In this document: positions 1 to 12,800 of the stretch, one piece after another | How the letters are laid out: each line of letters opens with the position of its first letter | Position numbering within the stretch: position 1 is the stretch's first letter | NCBI GenBank assembly: GCA_034780895.1 | Contig: JAUZTB010000074.1 | Coordinates: 16,472,789-16,536,788 of the forward strand | From: Rhynchobatus australiae | Lineage: Eukaryota | Direction of reading: 5' to 3' | DNA length: 64,000 nucleotides | Position numbers and translations under genes: made by a program | Notes under the pieces: model-generated | Database searches by the model: none | What the model was told of the DNA's origin: nothing | The model's input: the letters and a program-made list of their open reading frames with translations, nothing else

Positions 1-39
1 GGTGTTTGTAAGCTGAGGAGGGCCTGTACACTGATTTAC

Positions 40-425
40 ATAGGATGCATCATGCAAAAAGTGATCATTTGATCTAGCCAGCCCGTGCTGGCATTTGTTT
101 TGCTAGGGCCACATATTTCCTTACTAAACACATCAGGATAACCCTCTATTCTCTTCCATTTCCTGTCTAACTTCCACTTAAGTAATCTATGCTCTTCACT
201 TTAACTACTCCATGTGGTGGTCAGTTCCATATTCTTTCCACTATTTTGGTAAAGAAATTTATTCTGAATACTCTGTTGGATTTCTTGGTGACCATTTTAC
301 CTTCAAGGCCTCTAGATATGCCATTCCTCACCAATGGAAACATTCCCTTGGTTTTCACCATATCGTAGCTTTAAAGATTACCATAGAGACTCATCTCAAC
401 CTTTTTTTTGGAAGAGTAGAGACTG
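40..425 (-). mobile_element. Decayed CR1-type LINE 3' fragment
   Basis: Resembles the reverse complement of CR1 ORF2 end and 3' UTR (accactccatgtggt..ttccatattct..; ggaaacatt..; ctcaacctt..). Confidence 0.55.
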
Positions 426-859
426 ATCTGATTTGTGTCCACTTCCACTTGTTTTAAATTCATGTGCCCCCAAATTAATCTATTTGGAATGTAACATGCC
501 AAAATGAGATAGCCTTGGGTAGATTATTAGGTCCAACCTGATATGATGCTCAAAGGAGAAAGCTTCTGGCCCAGCATTGGGGTTGTGGTACCCGAACTGG
601 TGTTTCAATGTGGATGATTTGCTGAAGTTCTTGAAAACTGATTTTCAAGGTGCTAACTGACACCAAAATTACTTCAAAATGAGGGTTTCCAACATTTGAC
701 TACTTCTCAGTTCCAGGATCTTCTGGTTTGGTAGGTTGGCTATTTCTTAAGTCTACATTGCTAATGTTATAATATAATTCCTTACACTTCTAGTATTACA
801 TTGAAGGATCATAAGTATAATATAAACGTTCATTGTTATTTGATCAGTATCTGCTCCAG

Positions 860-1183
860 CATCAGGGGTGGCTGCTCCAGAGCTGCTGCCACACAGTGAT
901 CTGGGTTTAATCCTGACCTCTGGTGCTATCTGTGTGNNNNNNNNNNNNNNNNNNNNNNNNNNNNNNNNNNNNNNNNNNNNNNNNNNNNNNNNNNNNNNNN
1001 NNNNNNNNNNNNNNNNNNNNNNNNNNNNNNNNNNNNNNNNNNNNNNNNNNNNNNNNNNNNNNNNNACCTGGAAGGAAATGTTGGAAGAATAAAATGGATT
1101 AAGGTAGGATTGGTGTGGAAGTGGGTTATTGACACAATGGGCCAAAGGGCCTGTTTCCATGCTGTACCTCTGCCTGACTCCAT
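860..1183 (+). mobile_element. V-SINE (HE1-like) with CR1-derived tail, interrupted by an N run
   Basis: tRNA-like head (ctgggtttaatcctgacctctggtgctatctgtgtg) and tail atgggccaaagggcctgtttccatgctgtacctct. Confidence 0.75.
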
Positions 1184-2072
1184 ATGTTGATCTGATTTAG
1201 ACTGCCAGCATTCAGTTACTATCTTGCTTTAAACTTTTTGCAGTATGGAAATTCTGTTTTGGTAGGTCCAGGTATCTGGGCATTGCAGCTGGTAATTGGA
1301 CATCCAGATGGCATTTGCTGTGTACAGTCATAGGCATGATGGTACCAACTCTTCCTTGGGGATTCAGATATAGAAGCATGACTGTCCACTTCCAGTAGCT
1401 CCTGTTACCCCTGGCTGTGTGCAAATCACATTGAACACTATATGGGTAACACCCACTGGAAGTATGTGGATTAAGTGGATCATGATATCATTCGGCACGT
1501 AACACTGATATGACACAGCTGCCATTTTAGGAGCTCAATATTTCAATTGAAACCTTGTCTTAAGCATGCACTGATTAACACATGTCCAGCAGCAGGAAGG
1601 AACTAGCACCAGCACCAGCAGTATTTAAAGGAATCCTCCCTTTTTTTTGAAAAAAAGAGGTTACTTCAAACGTCAATTGCAATGTTTCTGTTTTCTAGTT
1701 GTTTCAAGATGCAAAATTCTTCTGAGAGTGACTGGTGCGGTTTTCTGGGTATTCAGGAAGCACTTTTTCCCTTGGCAAGAAAGAACGTGAGAAATGCAAG
1801 TGATTCTATTGGGGCAACTTTACTGAAACTGGTCCCCTGCTATAGCCCCAGAGCAGGGAAAAGCTATGACAGTAGTGTGAGCTTTCATTGTAGCACTGTT
1901 CTGCTTGGCCAGGACTTTGTCCCTTTTCCACTTCAGCTCCTGAGGAATAAAGTAAAGCTGAGTTATGGGGGCTGTGGGGGATGAGATGTTCTTGGGTATT
2001 CTGTCTGGTGCTTCCATTATTGGAACTGCATATGAGGGGCTGTGATATGGAAAGTAAGGATTACCTGTGGAG

Positions 2073-2203
2073 AAAATAAGGCAGAAAGTGTTGAATAATT
2101 AACTGGTCAGGCAGCACTGGTGGATAGAGCTGCCTAACCTGCTGAGCACTTCCAGTATTTTCTGTTTAATTTCAGATTTCAATTGTCGTCATTATTTTGC
2201 TTT
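2073..2203. repeat. Palindromic miniature element derived from a Penelope-like terminal repeat
   Basis: Arms cagaaagtg..tggtcaggcagc and gctgcctaacctgctgagcacttccagtattttctg are imperfect inverted copies; the same motif forms the end of the PLE at 49789. Confidence 0.65.
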
Positions 2204-2302
2204 TTAACAATGAGGATACTGTCACCTTTTGGAAATTTTTACCCCTGATGTTGGTCACGTCCTAGGCAACAGAAAGACCATCCCCTTCCTGGGAACGCAG
2301 AG

Positions 2303-2440
2303 ACATAGAAACATACTGCAGCACAGGAACAGGACCTTCAGCCCACCATGTCTGCACTAATCATGATGCTAAATTAAATTAATCCCATCTGCCTGATCCA
2401 TAATCCCTCTCTTCCCTGCCTGTTCATATCTGACCAGTTC
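2303..2440 (-). mobile_element. CR1 3' tail
   Basis: acagcacaggaacaggaccttcagcccaccatgtctg; same family as 63765-63910. Confidence 0.7.
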
Positions 2441-2749
2441 ATGTCTGTCCACTTCCATTTAGTTCCTGTCACATCCAGTTGTTGTCTATGTGAGGGAAGC
2501 ATGTCAGTAACTTAAGTGCAATGTGCTTAAGTGTTGTTACTCTCAGTCTTGTAGCTGGCTGTATGTAGAATCTGAGAGATGTGGGTGTGAAGCTTGCCAT
2601 AGTGGAGCACATGACTCTTGGGACAGAGATTATTGGTGAAATGATGTGGGTTTGTTCAGATGAGCAGTGCCTAAATCATTTGGTAGTATAAGGCTTTTGA
2701 GGAAGCAAGTTCTGATCTTACCAGCTTATTTGAGGTCACGGAACCTTTT

Positions 2750-3780
2750 TGAGGCAGGTTCCTGGCACTGATCTCTAGATCTGACTGCACTTACAGCTTT
2801 TGCAGTATATGCCTTCTGGTCCCCTGTGGATAGGACATCTCTGATCTCCTGTACTGCCTCCACCGAGGCTGGTAGTGTGGCATCCGAAAACCTTGAACCA
2901 TGAAGACTATTCCCTTCTCTGTTACGCTGGTTTCATTGTCAGCTTCTTTAGTGGAATATCTGCCAGCACTTGCGGTTGTCAAAGTACACCTCCCTTTTAT
3001 TGACAAGAGCCACTCCAAATTTTGTCATTCTTCAGTACATCGACAATCCTATATCAGCAATAGATGCAGAAATCATTACAATCTGTATTTGTACTTAATA
3101 TATCCTCATGATACAGAAAGCTATGCCAGTTCACAGAACAATCCTATTCCTCTGCTGATTTTCCCTGGAACCTATTCTCCCTGCATTCCCATTGATTTTC
3201 CCTGAAGTTCTACCACTCGCATAAACACAAGGAATAATATGCAGTGACCAATTAACCAACCAACTCTCATATCTTAGCGATATGGGAGGAAACTGGAGTA
3301 CCCATGGAAACTCTCTTGAGGGAGAATATGCAAACTCTATAGAGACAGCACTGGAAGACAGGATTGAGCTCTGTCCTTTGGAGCTGTGGGGCAGCAGCTC
3401 TACTAGGTGCACCCACTGTCACCTTGTAGGCAATCAAATGGGGCAGGAGTTACCCCTTCCACTCCACCAGCCTCCACATTCATTATACAATCTTCCGTCA
3501 TTTCTGCCACCATCACCAAGCATAGTTTTCTCCATCTTCCCTGTTCAGAAATTCAAAATAACCATTTTCTGAGATACCTGATCCACTTCTTCCAGTGCCA
3601 GCGTCCCATACAAGTGCATGAGGAATAATACATGACATTATCTTGTCCCTTATTGTCCAGAGAATTCTTTTTGGGTGAGATTCTAAAATACTTTGAGATG
3701 TGAAAGGCATGGTATAAATGTACCATTTAACTTGACAAATGGCACCATTCCTGGCTCAACCAAATGGCGAAATTTTCTTG
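2750..3780 (+). mobile_element. Decayed Penelope-like element ORF (RT thumb/linker region), split by a SINE
   Basis: Frameshifted peptides KTIPFS, PFHSTSLHIHYTIFRHFCH and TITKHSFL..NHFLRYLIH resemble vertebrate PLE ORF motifs (TFHPTSLHIQHIILRHFRHL; TTKHIF..RDHSLRDSLVH). Confidence 0.5.
3110..3423 (-). mobile_element. V-SINE
   Basis: Reverse V-domain tgggaggaaactggagtacccatggaaac..gggagaatatgcaaactc and reverse tRNA head ggagctgtggggcagcagctctac. Confidence 0.8.
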
Positions 3781-4609
3781 TGGGGTGAGATTGCTTATTT
3801 TGATTTATTTAGTTGTCTTTAAGGTAATATCTAAGTGGTGCTTATCACTGGGTCACAGCATCTTATCTGTACACACAATCATTTGTGATCCTGTAGATAC
3901 AAAATCTGGTATACTTCAAATGGTGTATTTTTGAATACATGAGAAACATGGGGAGAATTTTTTATATATATTTTTAAGGAGCTTAGGAGTTGGTCATGTG
4001 CCTCCAATGGGTAGCATGTAGCTTTGTACATCTTGCCAGGTTGACAGATTGAGTTTTGATGGATTTGACTGTGACAGATTTAGGGGTTCAAATAACTTTG
4101 TTAACCCACAAGAGGAAACCTCAAATAGCATATCAATATTATTTAAACCTGGAGTTGTGTTACTACCTGAAAACACATTCCAGTATGTTGTATATGATGT
4201 ATTCAGATGCACTGAAAAATTCTAAATGCCTGTAGCAATATCAATGGCAATATCAAACCTTAACCTTAGGAATAATAGTTAATTGTGAAAGAACAGGCAT
4301 GTTGTTCCACGGCCTCCGTTTTGGTAATGGAGAAGGTTTTTTAGTTGGCTGAGCTATTAGCAACATAAGAATAGAATAAATATAGAACAATAGAAAATAA
4401 ATTAAGTTCCTCAAAACCATCCCAGTATCTTGTCAGATGTATATCGTTAGCCATTGTTCAGAATCACTTGGCACCCTTAACAAAATTTTATTGATCTGCA
4501 CTGTGAACATTTCAGATGACAAAGTTTAGTCTTTGATGGGGGAGTCTTGGGTTTTGCTATGTGACTGACAACTAGTCATACATAAGCATAGCAAGTAAGC
4601 TAGATTTGT

Positions 4610-4945
4610 ATTTGGGAGCCTGGACTGTTGTTCTAGAGTCACTGGTTCAAATCCCACCATAGCAACTGGGGAATTTAAATTCAAGAAATCAACTCCTGTA
4701 ATTAAAAATGAAGTATCAGTAGTTGGAGCCACGAAATTACCGGATTGCCAAAAACTCCAGTCCTTCAAGGAAGGAAGCCTGCCATTCTGGTCTGACATGC
4801 GGTATTCCTGATCCACCTCTATGGTCAACTCTTAACTGTCCTCCAAAATGAATGAGCAAGCCACTTAATTCATGGAGCAATTAGGAATGAACAATAAAAG
4901 GCGGTTTTGCCCAAGCATCCATGTGTGCAAACATAGACATTTAAA
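4610..4945 (+). mobile_element. tRNA-derived SINE with LINE-derived tail
   Basis: B-box ggttcaaatccc, body ggggaatttaaattcaa, tail gcaattaggaatgaacaataaa. Related to 63185-63372 (-), and the tail is shared with 23750-23880. Confidence 0.7.
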
Positions 4946-6119
4946 AAGAATTCCTCTGTACCTTTTTGAAGTTTTAGGAAAATGTGTAAACTTTTTGTTT
5001 CTATAATAAATTGCAATTAAATTGATAATGATAACAATTAAAGTCATCCATTGCTACCCATGTATTTACTATTCTGAGTTACTAGTGATGTCACTCATTT
5101 GTATATTCTGTTGTGTAGCCATAAATGGTATCGGTCAGCAGTCTGTGCAGCATCCACATTGTAAAAGCTGCGTTCTTAAAGCCAAAATGGGAAAGAGAAT
5201 TGAAGTACACATTTTCATAAATGTTTTTTTTTCCCTGCAATAATGTTTGAGTTATAGTAATTCTTGCAGTTATGCCATTTGAGAAGAACCTAATTTTTCA
5301 ATGAGATTTGTGCTCCTCACAGGTTATTTTTGAAAAGTGTAGATTAGCAAATTTAGTTTTATTTTGCTGCAGCATGTCCAGGAATTTGCATACAGATGAT
5401 CATGTGCTTCCTAAATGGTTTTTGTTTGTTACATTACAAGGATGTGCAATATTATAACTACTGTCAACTTGTTAGATTTTCCCTTCATTTTTAATACTGT
5501 TAATAATAATTTATAGTGCTAATCTGTACAATTTGTATTCTTTTGTACTTGAATTTGTACTCTTAAACTCTGGGATTTATTAACCCCTTGATCATGCATT
5601 CCATTTAATATATTTCATAGTAAATATAATTGCATTTTGAATAGTAATTCTCGGAAATGAAACTATTACTTCCCTTTGTCTTTCAGACTGCTGCTTTGAA
5701 CTGTAAATTGGCCTTTTCATACAAGTGGAGGAATCCTGTTGTTAAACCATTAATTTTCAGTTTACATATTTTGGTTTAGTCGGTTCAATGTAAATATTGT
5801 TTAGGATNNNNNNNNNNNNNNNNNNNNNNNNNNNNNNNNNNNNNNNNNNNNNNNNNNNNNNNNNNNNNNNNNNNNNNNNNNNNNNNNNNNNNNNNNNNNN
5901 NNNNNNNNNNNNNNNNNNNNNNNNNNNNNNNNNNNNNNNNNNNNNNNNNNNNNNNNNNNNNNNNNNNNNNNNNNNNNNNNNNNNNNNNNNNNNNNNNNNN
6001 NNNNNNNNNNNNNNNNNNNNNNNNNNNNNNNNNNNNNNNNNNNNNNNNNNNNNNNNNNNNNNNNNNNNNNNNNNNNNNNNNNNNNNTTCTCCCCCCCCCC
6101 CCCCCCCCCCATATGCATC

Positions 6120-6310
6120 AAGGACACTGTTGGACACTTGAATATTCAAGATGGAGATTGACAGACCTTTTAAACTAAAGAGATTCTAGGGCTGGGGGGT
6201 GGGGGTGGTGGTGGAAGAGAAGGAAATGATCAAGGCCTAACTTGGTCAACTATGACCTTACTGAGTGGCGGAGCAGCTGACTGGCCTGCTCCTATTTCTT
6301 AAGTTATTAT
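6120..6310 (+). mobile_element. CR1 3' end
   Basis: tgaatattcaagatggagattgacaga..gagtggcggagcag..tggcctgctcctatttctta. Confidence 0.65.
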
Positions 6311-6539
6311 CTAAAGAGTCGTAGGTTGTGACCTTTTCTGATCCATTTTCGATTGTTAAGTGATAAATGTGCCTTAAGCACATTGATGATATCTCGTGTG
6401 AATGGCAATGGGGAAATGACGTTGTGCTGAGGTGTATTACCATCATTAAGGGAAGTGCCCAGTCTAGTTTCCCCAGTGAAAATAAAAAAATACACTTCTG
6501 CTCAGATGATGAGGGCACATTAAAATCCTTTAGTTATTA

Positions 6540-6914
6540 AAATCAAAACTGATAATCAGGCACTGTTGGGACCTTTGCAGAGCCAGACTATCACATTTTC
6601 TGGACTACTGGATGTTACTCCTATTAATGCCCAAACTTTTATTTCACTTGTTTTACATGTTACACAGTAGTATCTTCAGTTTTCCAGTGAACTTGGTGAG
6701 TGTGAAGGGAGCAGGAAATATGAAAGCACTCTGGGGCCCCTGCTCCAACCACAAACGTACCCATGTTCTTGATCCCACTGATGTTCTGGATCTCAACCTT
6801 GGCTCTGGCTGCAGATCCCATTCACATCCTGGATTAATGAGTAAACCAGATGCTAAACTGTCAGGATTTCCGAACAGGAAATCCAGGATGCTGGATTATC
6901 AGGGTTGTACTGTA
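6540..6914. mobile_element. Decayed pogo/Tigger-like MITE
   Basis: Right end atgctggattatcagggttgtactg|ta; degenerate left end aaaactgataatcaggcac. Confidence 0.4.
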
Positions 6915-6934
6915 GTTTGTACTCTTTAATAAAA

Positions 6935-7886
6935 AGAGTCAGAATTGATGTTTTACCTTGTATTGAATGGAACATTTCAGAGTATTTAAGTATTGAAGTC
7001 GTTTTAATGATTATTTAATATACATTTTGATGTGCAGATAGTGCAGGATTTTAAATGCACCTTTGTTATCCCGTATTCATTTTAACAGAAATATAGGAAC
7101 AAAAAATAAAACAGACAGCCCTCTACCTGAATGTAATAAAATCTAATATTCAGATTTTTCTAGTGGGAACACCACAGAGATTGACTAGTTCCGGCCTTTG
7201 CCTTCAGGTCAAAGAAAAAATGGTTATCATGGTAGTTCAATTGCTCAAGGTCTTTCTAATTACCTTCACCACTTGTTTTCTTTAGAAAAAAGGAAATGTC
7301 CCTTCTTTTAATATAGAAAAATAAAACCACAATTGCCTCATTTTACTTAATCCCAATCCAGATGGTATAATTTTGACCTGAGGTGCACTAACAGCGAATG
7401 TACAGTTAAGGGCTACAATTTCAAAAGAAAATAAGTTTTATGAAGTGGAACAAATATATTAAGGATGAATGACTAATTCAGCAAATGATTCCATGTGAAT
7501 TAGCAGTATAGCCTTAGAGCAATTAAGTTGTAAATAGATTATGGTGGGCAAATAGGTGTGTATCAGCATGTCAGTTGTATTATTCTGTTTTATACAATGC
7601 CAATAATTTGCATTTAATCAAATATGCTAAGAAATAGCAAATGAATTTGCAAATAACATACTTTGGATCGAAGTGTAAGGTACTGCTTATTAGGGCAGGA
7701 AATTGAACTTTTCACATGATGGAACACAAAGTAACAATAATGTGAATATAATTGTTGTTTGTCCATGATGTGCACTATCTGCACATCAAAATGTTATGTA
7801 TATTAAATAATCATTAAAATGACTTCAATACTTAAATAATCTGAAATATTCCATTCAATACAAGGTAAAACATCAATTCTGACTCT
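6935..7886. mobile_element. Non-autonomous DNA element with long terminal inverted repeats (Mutator/foldback-like)
   Basis: 6934-7045 and 7771-7887 are inverted copies with 3 substitutions and one 5-nt indel. Direct repeat TAATAAAA lies at 6927-6934 and 7887-7894. Confidence 0.75.
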
Positions 7887-8149
7887 TAATAAAATTTGTT
7901 CATTGTTCCAGGCAGTGTGAATCTATAACAGCATGATATCATCTCCAGCATATTTGATTACAAATTGGAGCATCTTTTAATGTTTTCTAGATTGCTTGAG
8001 GAATGAGGGATAATTGAAAAGGAGACTCAAAGTGTTCAGGATTAATGTATTCTCAGTAGGAGAACAGTTAGGACTGCCTAATCTGGAGCCTCTTGGATGA
8101 TAGGATAAGGCCAAAATAGGGAAGCTTATTTCAGACACTGAGTGTTTAA

Positions 8150-9865
8150 CACAGCAGAAAGCCTAAAAGAGTAGAGAAAGCGTGAGAGTGAAATTAAAAG
8201 GGAAACTAGGAAAACAATGAGAGGGTATGAAAAAAAAAATTGGCAAGTAAAATCACCAAAATTCCAAAGTATCTTACATATATGACAAGGATAACTACAG
8301 AAAGAGTAGGGTCTTTTAGGAAACAAAATGATAACCTGCACATTGAAGAGGATGGACATGAGTAAAGTTCTTAACTAATATTTGTGATAGCTTTCGCAAA
8401 TGAGGGTGGGGGTGATGTTCATAATGTTGCTAAGGCAAGTGTGAAATATTGGACAGGATAAACATAGTAAAAGAGGAAGTATTAATGGGTTTATTATCTT
8501 TGGAAACAGACCTGGGTGAAATATATCTGAGGCTTTAAAATAGCATGGGTGGAAACTGTGGAAGCTCCGACTACAATTTTTCAATCCTTTCTGGCATACA
8601 TTGTATTAAGGGAAGTGGGGTTTAACCATGAAGTTACAGTCTACTTGTATAATGGGATAGATTGTTGGAATTCATTACATACATCTTATTTAAAAAGGCA
8701 CAGATTAAACAGGGGCAGCTGGCATGGATTTGTTAAGTGAATATCATATCTGACTAACCTGATNNNNNNNNNNNNNNNNNNNNNNNNNNNNNNNNNNNNN
8801 NNGAAGTGAGTTTCATGCGGCCTATGTGGATTTTAGCAACAGTTTTTATGAGCAGATGGGTCAAAAGTGTAAAGGTCCATATGATGCAGTGGATAGTGGC
8901 AAGTTGGATCCAAAGTTAGGTAAGTGATTGAAAGCAAAGGGTAATAGTTGAAGGGTGCTCTTTTGACTGGAAAACCATTACTGATGAGGTTTGACTGGGC
9001 TCAGTTCTCTGTAATAATAACTTAAACCTAAATGTAGGTGTTGTAACAGACGTTTGGAGGTAATAATACAAAAACTGGCAATGTGGTTAATAATAGAGGG
9101 CGCAGAAAAAAACCTCAACTGCAGGGGATGTATATTTCGATGGTCAGGGCAGAAAGTCCGCAAATTGAATTTAACCCAGAAATGCAATTGGGAAGGTGCA
9201 ACAAGGCAAGGGAATATCCAAGATATCGAGTGGTAGGGTGGAACAGAAATGCATGTCCAAAGATCCTCAAAGGTAGCAGGACAGGTCAGTGTGGTGGTTT
9301 AAAAAAGAAATTATGGGTAGCTATCCTTTATTAGCTGAGGTATAGAATATATTAGCAGGGAGATAATATATTGTAATGTATACAACATCATTAAGGCCAT
9401 GGCTTGAATACGGTGTGCAATTCTGTTTGTATTACAGAAAATGTATGACTGCAAAGGAAATTTAAAAAGTTCTTGCAGGTACAGAAAATTTTTAATTTTG
9501 ATGAAAGATCGGTTAAGCTACGATTGTTTTTGTAAGCGAAGGTGCTGAGGTGTATAAAATAACAAGTAGCCTCAATGGGGTAGATAGGAAGGAGCCACTT
9601 CCTTTTGCAGATTTGAAGTAATTGGTAGAAGGATTAGAGAGATGAGGAATAGCCTTTTCATTCAGAATATAATAATGGGCTGAAGCTCACTGCCTTGAAA
9701 AAAAAACTTTAAGCATATTTAAACAGTGCTTGGGTTGCTACTTGAAGAACCGTGGTTTACAGGGCTCCTGCCAGATGCTAAAAGATGGGACGAAGCTGGA
9801 GAGCTCTTTTTATTCAATAGTCATGGACTAAGCAACCTTGTGTGTCATAAAATTTCTATGATTGG
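8150..9865 (+). mobile_element. Long decayed CR1 LINE (ORF2 RT and 3' UTR)
   Basis: Broken motifs HGFVK..LTNL, YVDFS, WIQS, QIEFNPE and RPWLEYGVQF occur in CR1 order, followed by a CR1-type tail. Confidence 0.85.
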
Positions 9866-12800
9866 AACTTTTGGATATTCATGTATTGGCATGGGTTCAG
9901 AGAAGAGCAATATAAATTATTTTGGAATGCAGTAAAGCAAAGAGATTAACAGAGCTGCACTTCCACTGAAGAAGAGACTGAGAAGCCAAGATGAAGCAGC
10001 AGTAAACAGATTTGATTTCACTGAATGCAGCCTTTTTAAAAAAAACTAATGTGCAGAGTTAACTATCTCAATGGCTGGATACTAAATTAACCTAAAAGCA
10101 GTTAGTGATGTGTCGGCAGACAGTAGGGCGTGAATGCGTGGAAGGGTGGAGTGTTGGTGGGAAAGGACTCGATGTATATTTAGTTCAGAACATGATTAAA
10201 GGTGGCATTACTGGATGCAATAGTATGATTACTGTTTAGGGGATGAATGATTTTTGAGGTGCATGGACAGGACTGCTGGCTGAGTTTGAATGATAGAAGT
10301 GGGTTGGTGGGGGTGGAAAGGACANNNNNNNNNNNNNATATTAAAGGTTGCTTTATTACCTTTGGGAACGAGTGTACTCAGTAAAATGTTCCATTGGGAG
10401 ATTAAAATAAGTGGGATAGACTCTGTGACTTTGTCAGGGTGAAGCATTTTGATTACGCATCAGAGTGAAAGTTACAATCTAATTCGGGAGTCCAGTTACA
10501 GTTTGACTTGTGGACACGGTAATGCTGAGAAGCATGCTGCTGCTTCAGAAGATGTAATTCCAATCTGACCAGAAGCTGAATTTAAAATGTGCTTAGGTGA
10601 TTGATTTTGATCTTCTCTCCAAATTCTAAGCTTGGTACTGAGCCTTTTGAATGAAGGTGCTGAAGTCTGTTCCCTAACAAATAGCATTGTTTTAAGCAAG
10701 GGCAGAATTCTAGTAGCAGTGTCCCATGTTATAATTGAGTCTTGCTGGTTGCACTTCTTCAAACCTGCCACTATTGCTCTTGGATTGCTAACACAACATA
10801 ACAACGGCTGTGATCAGGTAGATTTTCATGCCTCTTAACAGGAAAAAAAATCAAAACCTGAAGGAAATTTTTTGTGTTTTATGTTTTCTTGTGAACCAGT
10901 GCCACATTTCAGATGATCTGGGCATCATCTTGAAAATACCATTAGTGCTTTAAGTATAAACTCTCAAGAATATATTGTGCCAAATTATTAATTTATTTGC
11001 TGATGACCCATTGTATTAAGTTATGGATATTGGTGTAAATGAAATATAGCCTTCATTTTTCTGCAGTACCTANNNNNNNNAAAGAAAAACAGTTGCCATT
11101 ATACATCCAACCAAAGAAATATTATTTTCAGAGTGCTGATGATTTCTTGAATTTATGTTAAAATTGTGGAACCTGACAAGAAAAACATCCTTCAATTTGT
11201 GTAACTGAAACCAGAGACCAGTTGGTTCTTGGAAATCCATTAAGCTAGAATAAAATGTGAAAGAGAATTTTTGTGTGAACACCCTGGCAGGGTCACTTAA
11301 TTGTAATGCTTTTGGACTTTGTAAAACCAGATGGTATGTTAGTCCTGAATTTCAAATAGGATAACTTCAGCTTTACTGAAGAGGAGGTGGGGAAAGCAGA
11401 AATAGTGGTGTGCATAGTTTACCATGGAGATCAGTGTAATTTTTAGTTGCCAAATATTCTATCTCCTTGAATAGCAATATTTATTTGTAGCTTGTGCTAA
11501 CAGAAATAATTAATCAATTAGTACATTGATTTTGCAATATTGCTGGATTTTAACAAGTGATTTTATTTTTGGGAAATAAGAAATTCAAATATAAAGCTTG
11601 CCCATGAATAAATCATCATAGTAAAGGTTGAAATGATTTGCTGAATTATGTATAACCATCAAAATCCCATAAGTCCAGCTGGAATCCAGGGCTTATTCAT
11701 AAGTGGAATTCAAATTGTCGTGAAGTAAAATAATAAATGTAATTGGGTTATCAGAGTACAGCATTACTGAGGATGAATACCATTGATGAGATGTATTGAA
11801 CTAGAGGGAGTTGTGGGAAGGCAATACTTTTTCCTTTTAAAAGCAGGAAGGTGGGTAGTGGGAAATTGGGATAGAATGGATTACTGGTGTGATACAACCA
11901 GACCTCTGCTTAAGCAAGAATGAAATAACATTTTGTTTCTAGCCATCAAGATTGAGGACAAATAATCAACCAGATAAAGTTCTCTGATGGTTTGAAATAA
12001 CGGTTATGCAAGTTCAGGATGGTTAAGGTGCTCCTGCTTGCTTTCTGAAAGAATAGAGAACAAAAAATGAATCTGAACTAATGAACTGGTAATATCACCA
12101 CAGGATAACAGTGACAGATTGTCATAGTTGGGTATTAAATAACTATATTAATGGCTAGCAGATCTGCATAAGAACTGGATTGAAGAGGCAAATTAGTATG
12201 GAGCACAGCATGTCAATTTATGATCACCATTTTATGCCTTCATGGAAGTCATGTATATGTGCTTCGGAGGTTTGGTGGAGACGGGTCACTGGAAGAGATG
12301 GAACAGGGAATAAATGACAACTTATAATATTGCTTGCAATATCTATGAAAGAAATCTGACTCTTCTGCATTATGTAATATGGATTGGAATATTTTCATGG
12401 AAGGTCCTTTTGCCAGTAGAACATTTTTTTGTGGGTCAACTAGTATCTGTCCCAAGATAATCAGACATCTAACTTAGACATTGTAAAAGAAATTAACCAT
12501 TTTTTGTTAAATGACTGTGATGGAATGAGAGTTGAGTTGCTTTACTTCCTGTGGATGATATCAGTATGTCATTCAAAATTATTGTAGTTAAGTTATGGGA
12601 AAGAACTGTTTTAATTCCCTTGGNNNNNNNNNNNNNNNNNNNNNNNNNNNNNNNNNNNNNNNNNNNNNNNNNNNNNNNNNNNNNNNNNNNNNNNNNNNNN
12701 NNNNNNNNNNNNNNNNNNNNNNNTAGTAAGCAGTGTGTGAGCATGTTTCCATATAGTCCTCCAGTTTTCACAGGGATGCATAACCTGTTGCTTTGCTTCT

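Noticed and set aside
5757-6149. Long ORFs spanning N runs (also near 940, 12620, 24050, 42690, 44430)
   Set aside because: Artefacts of translating assembly gaps; the poly-G/P peptide comes from a C homopolymer at the gap edge.
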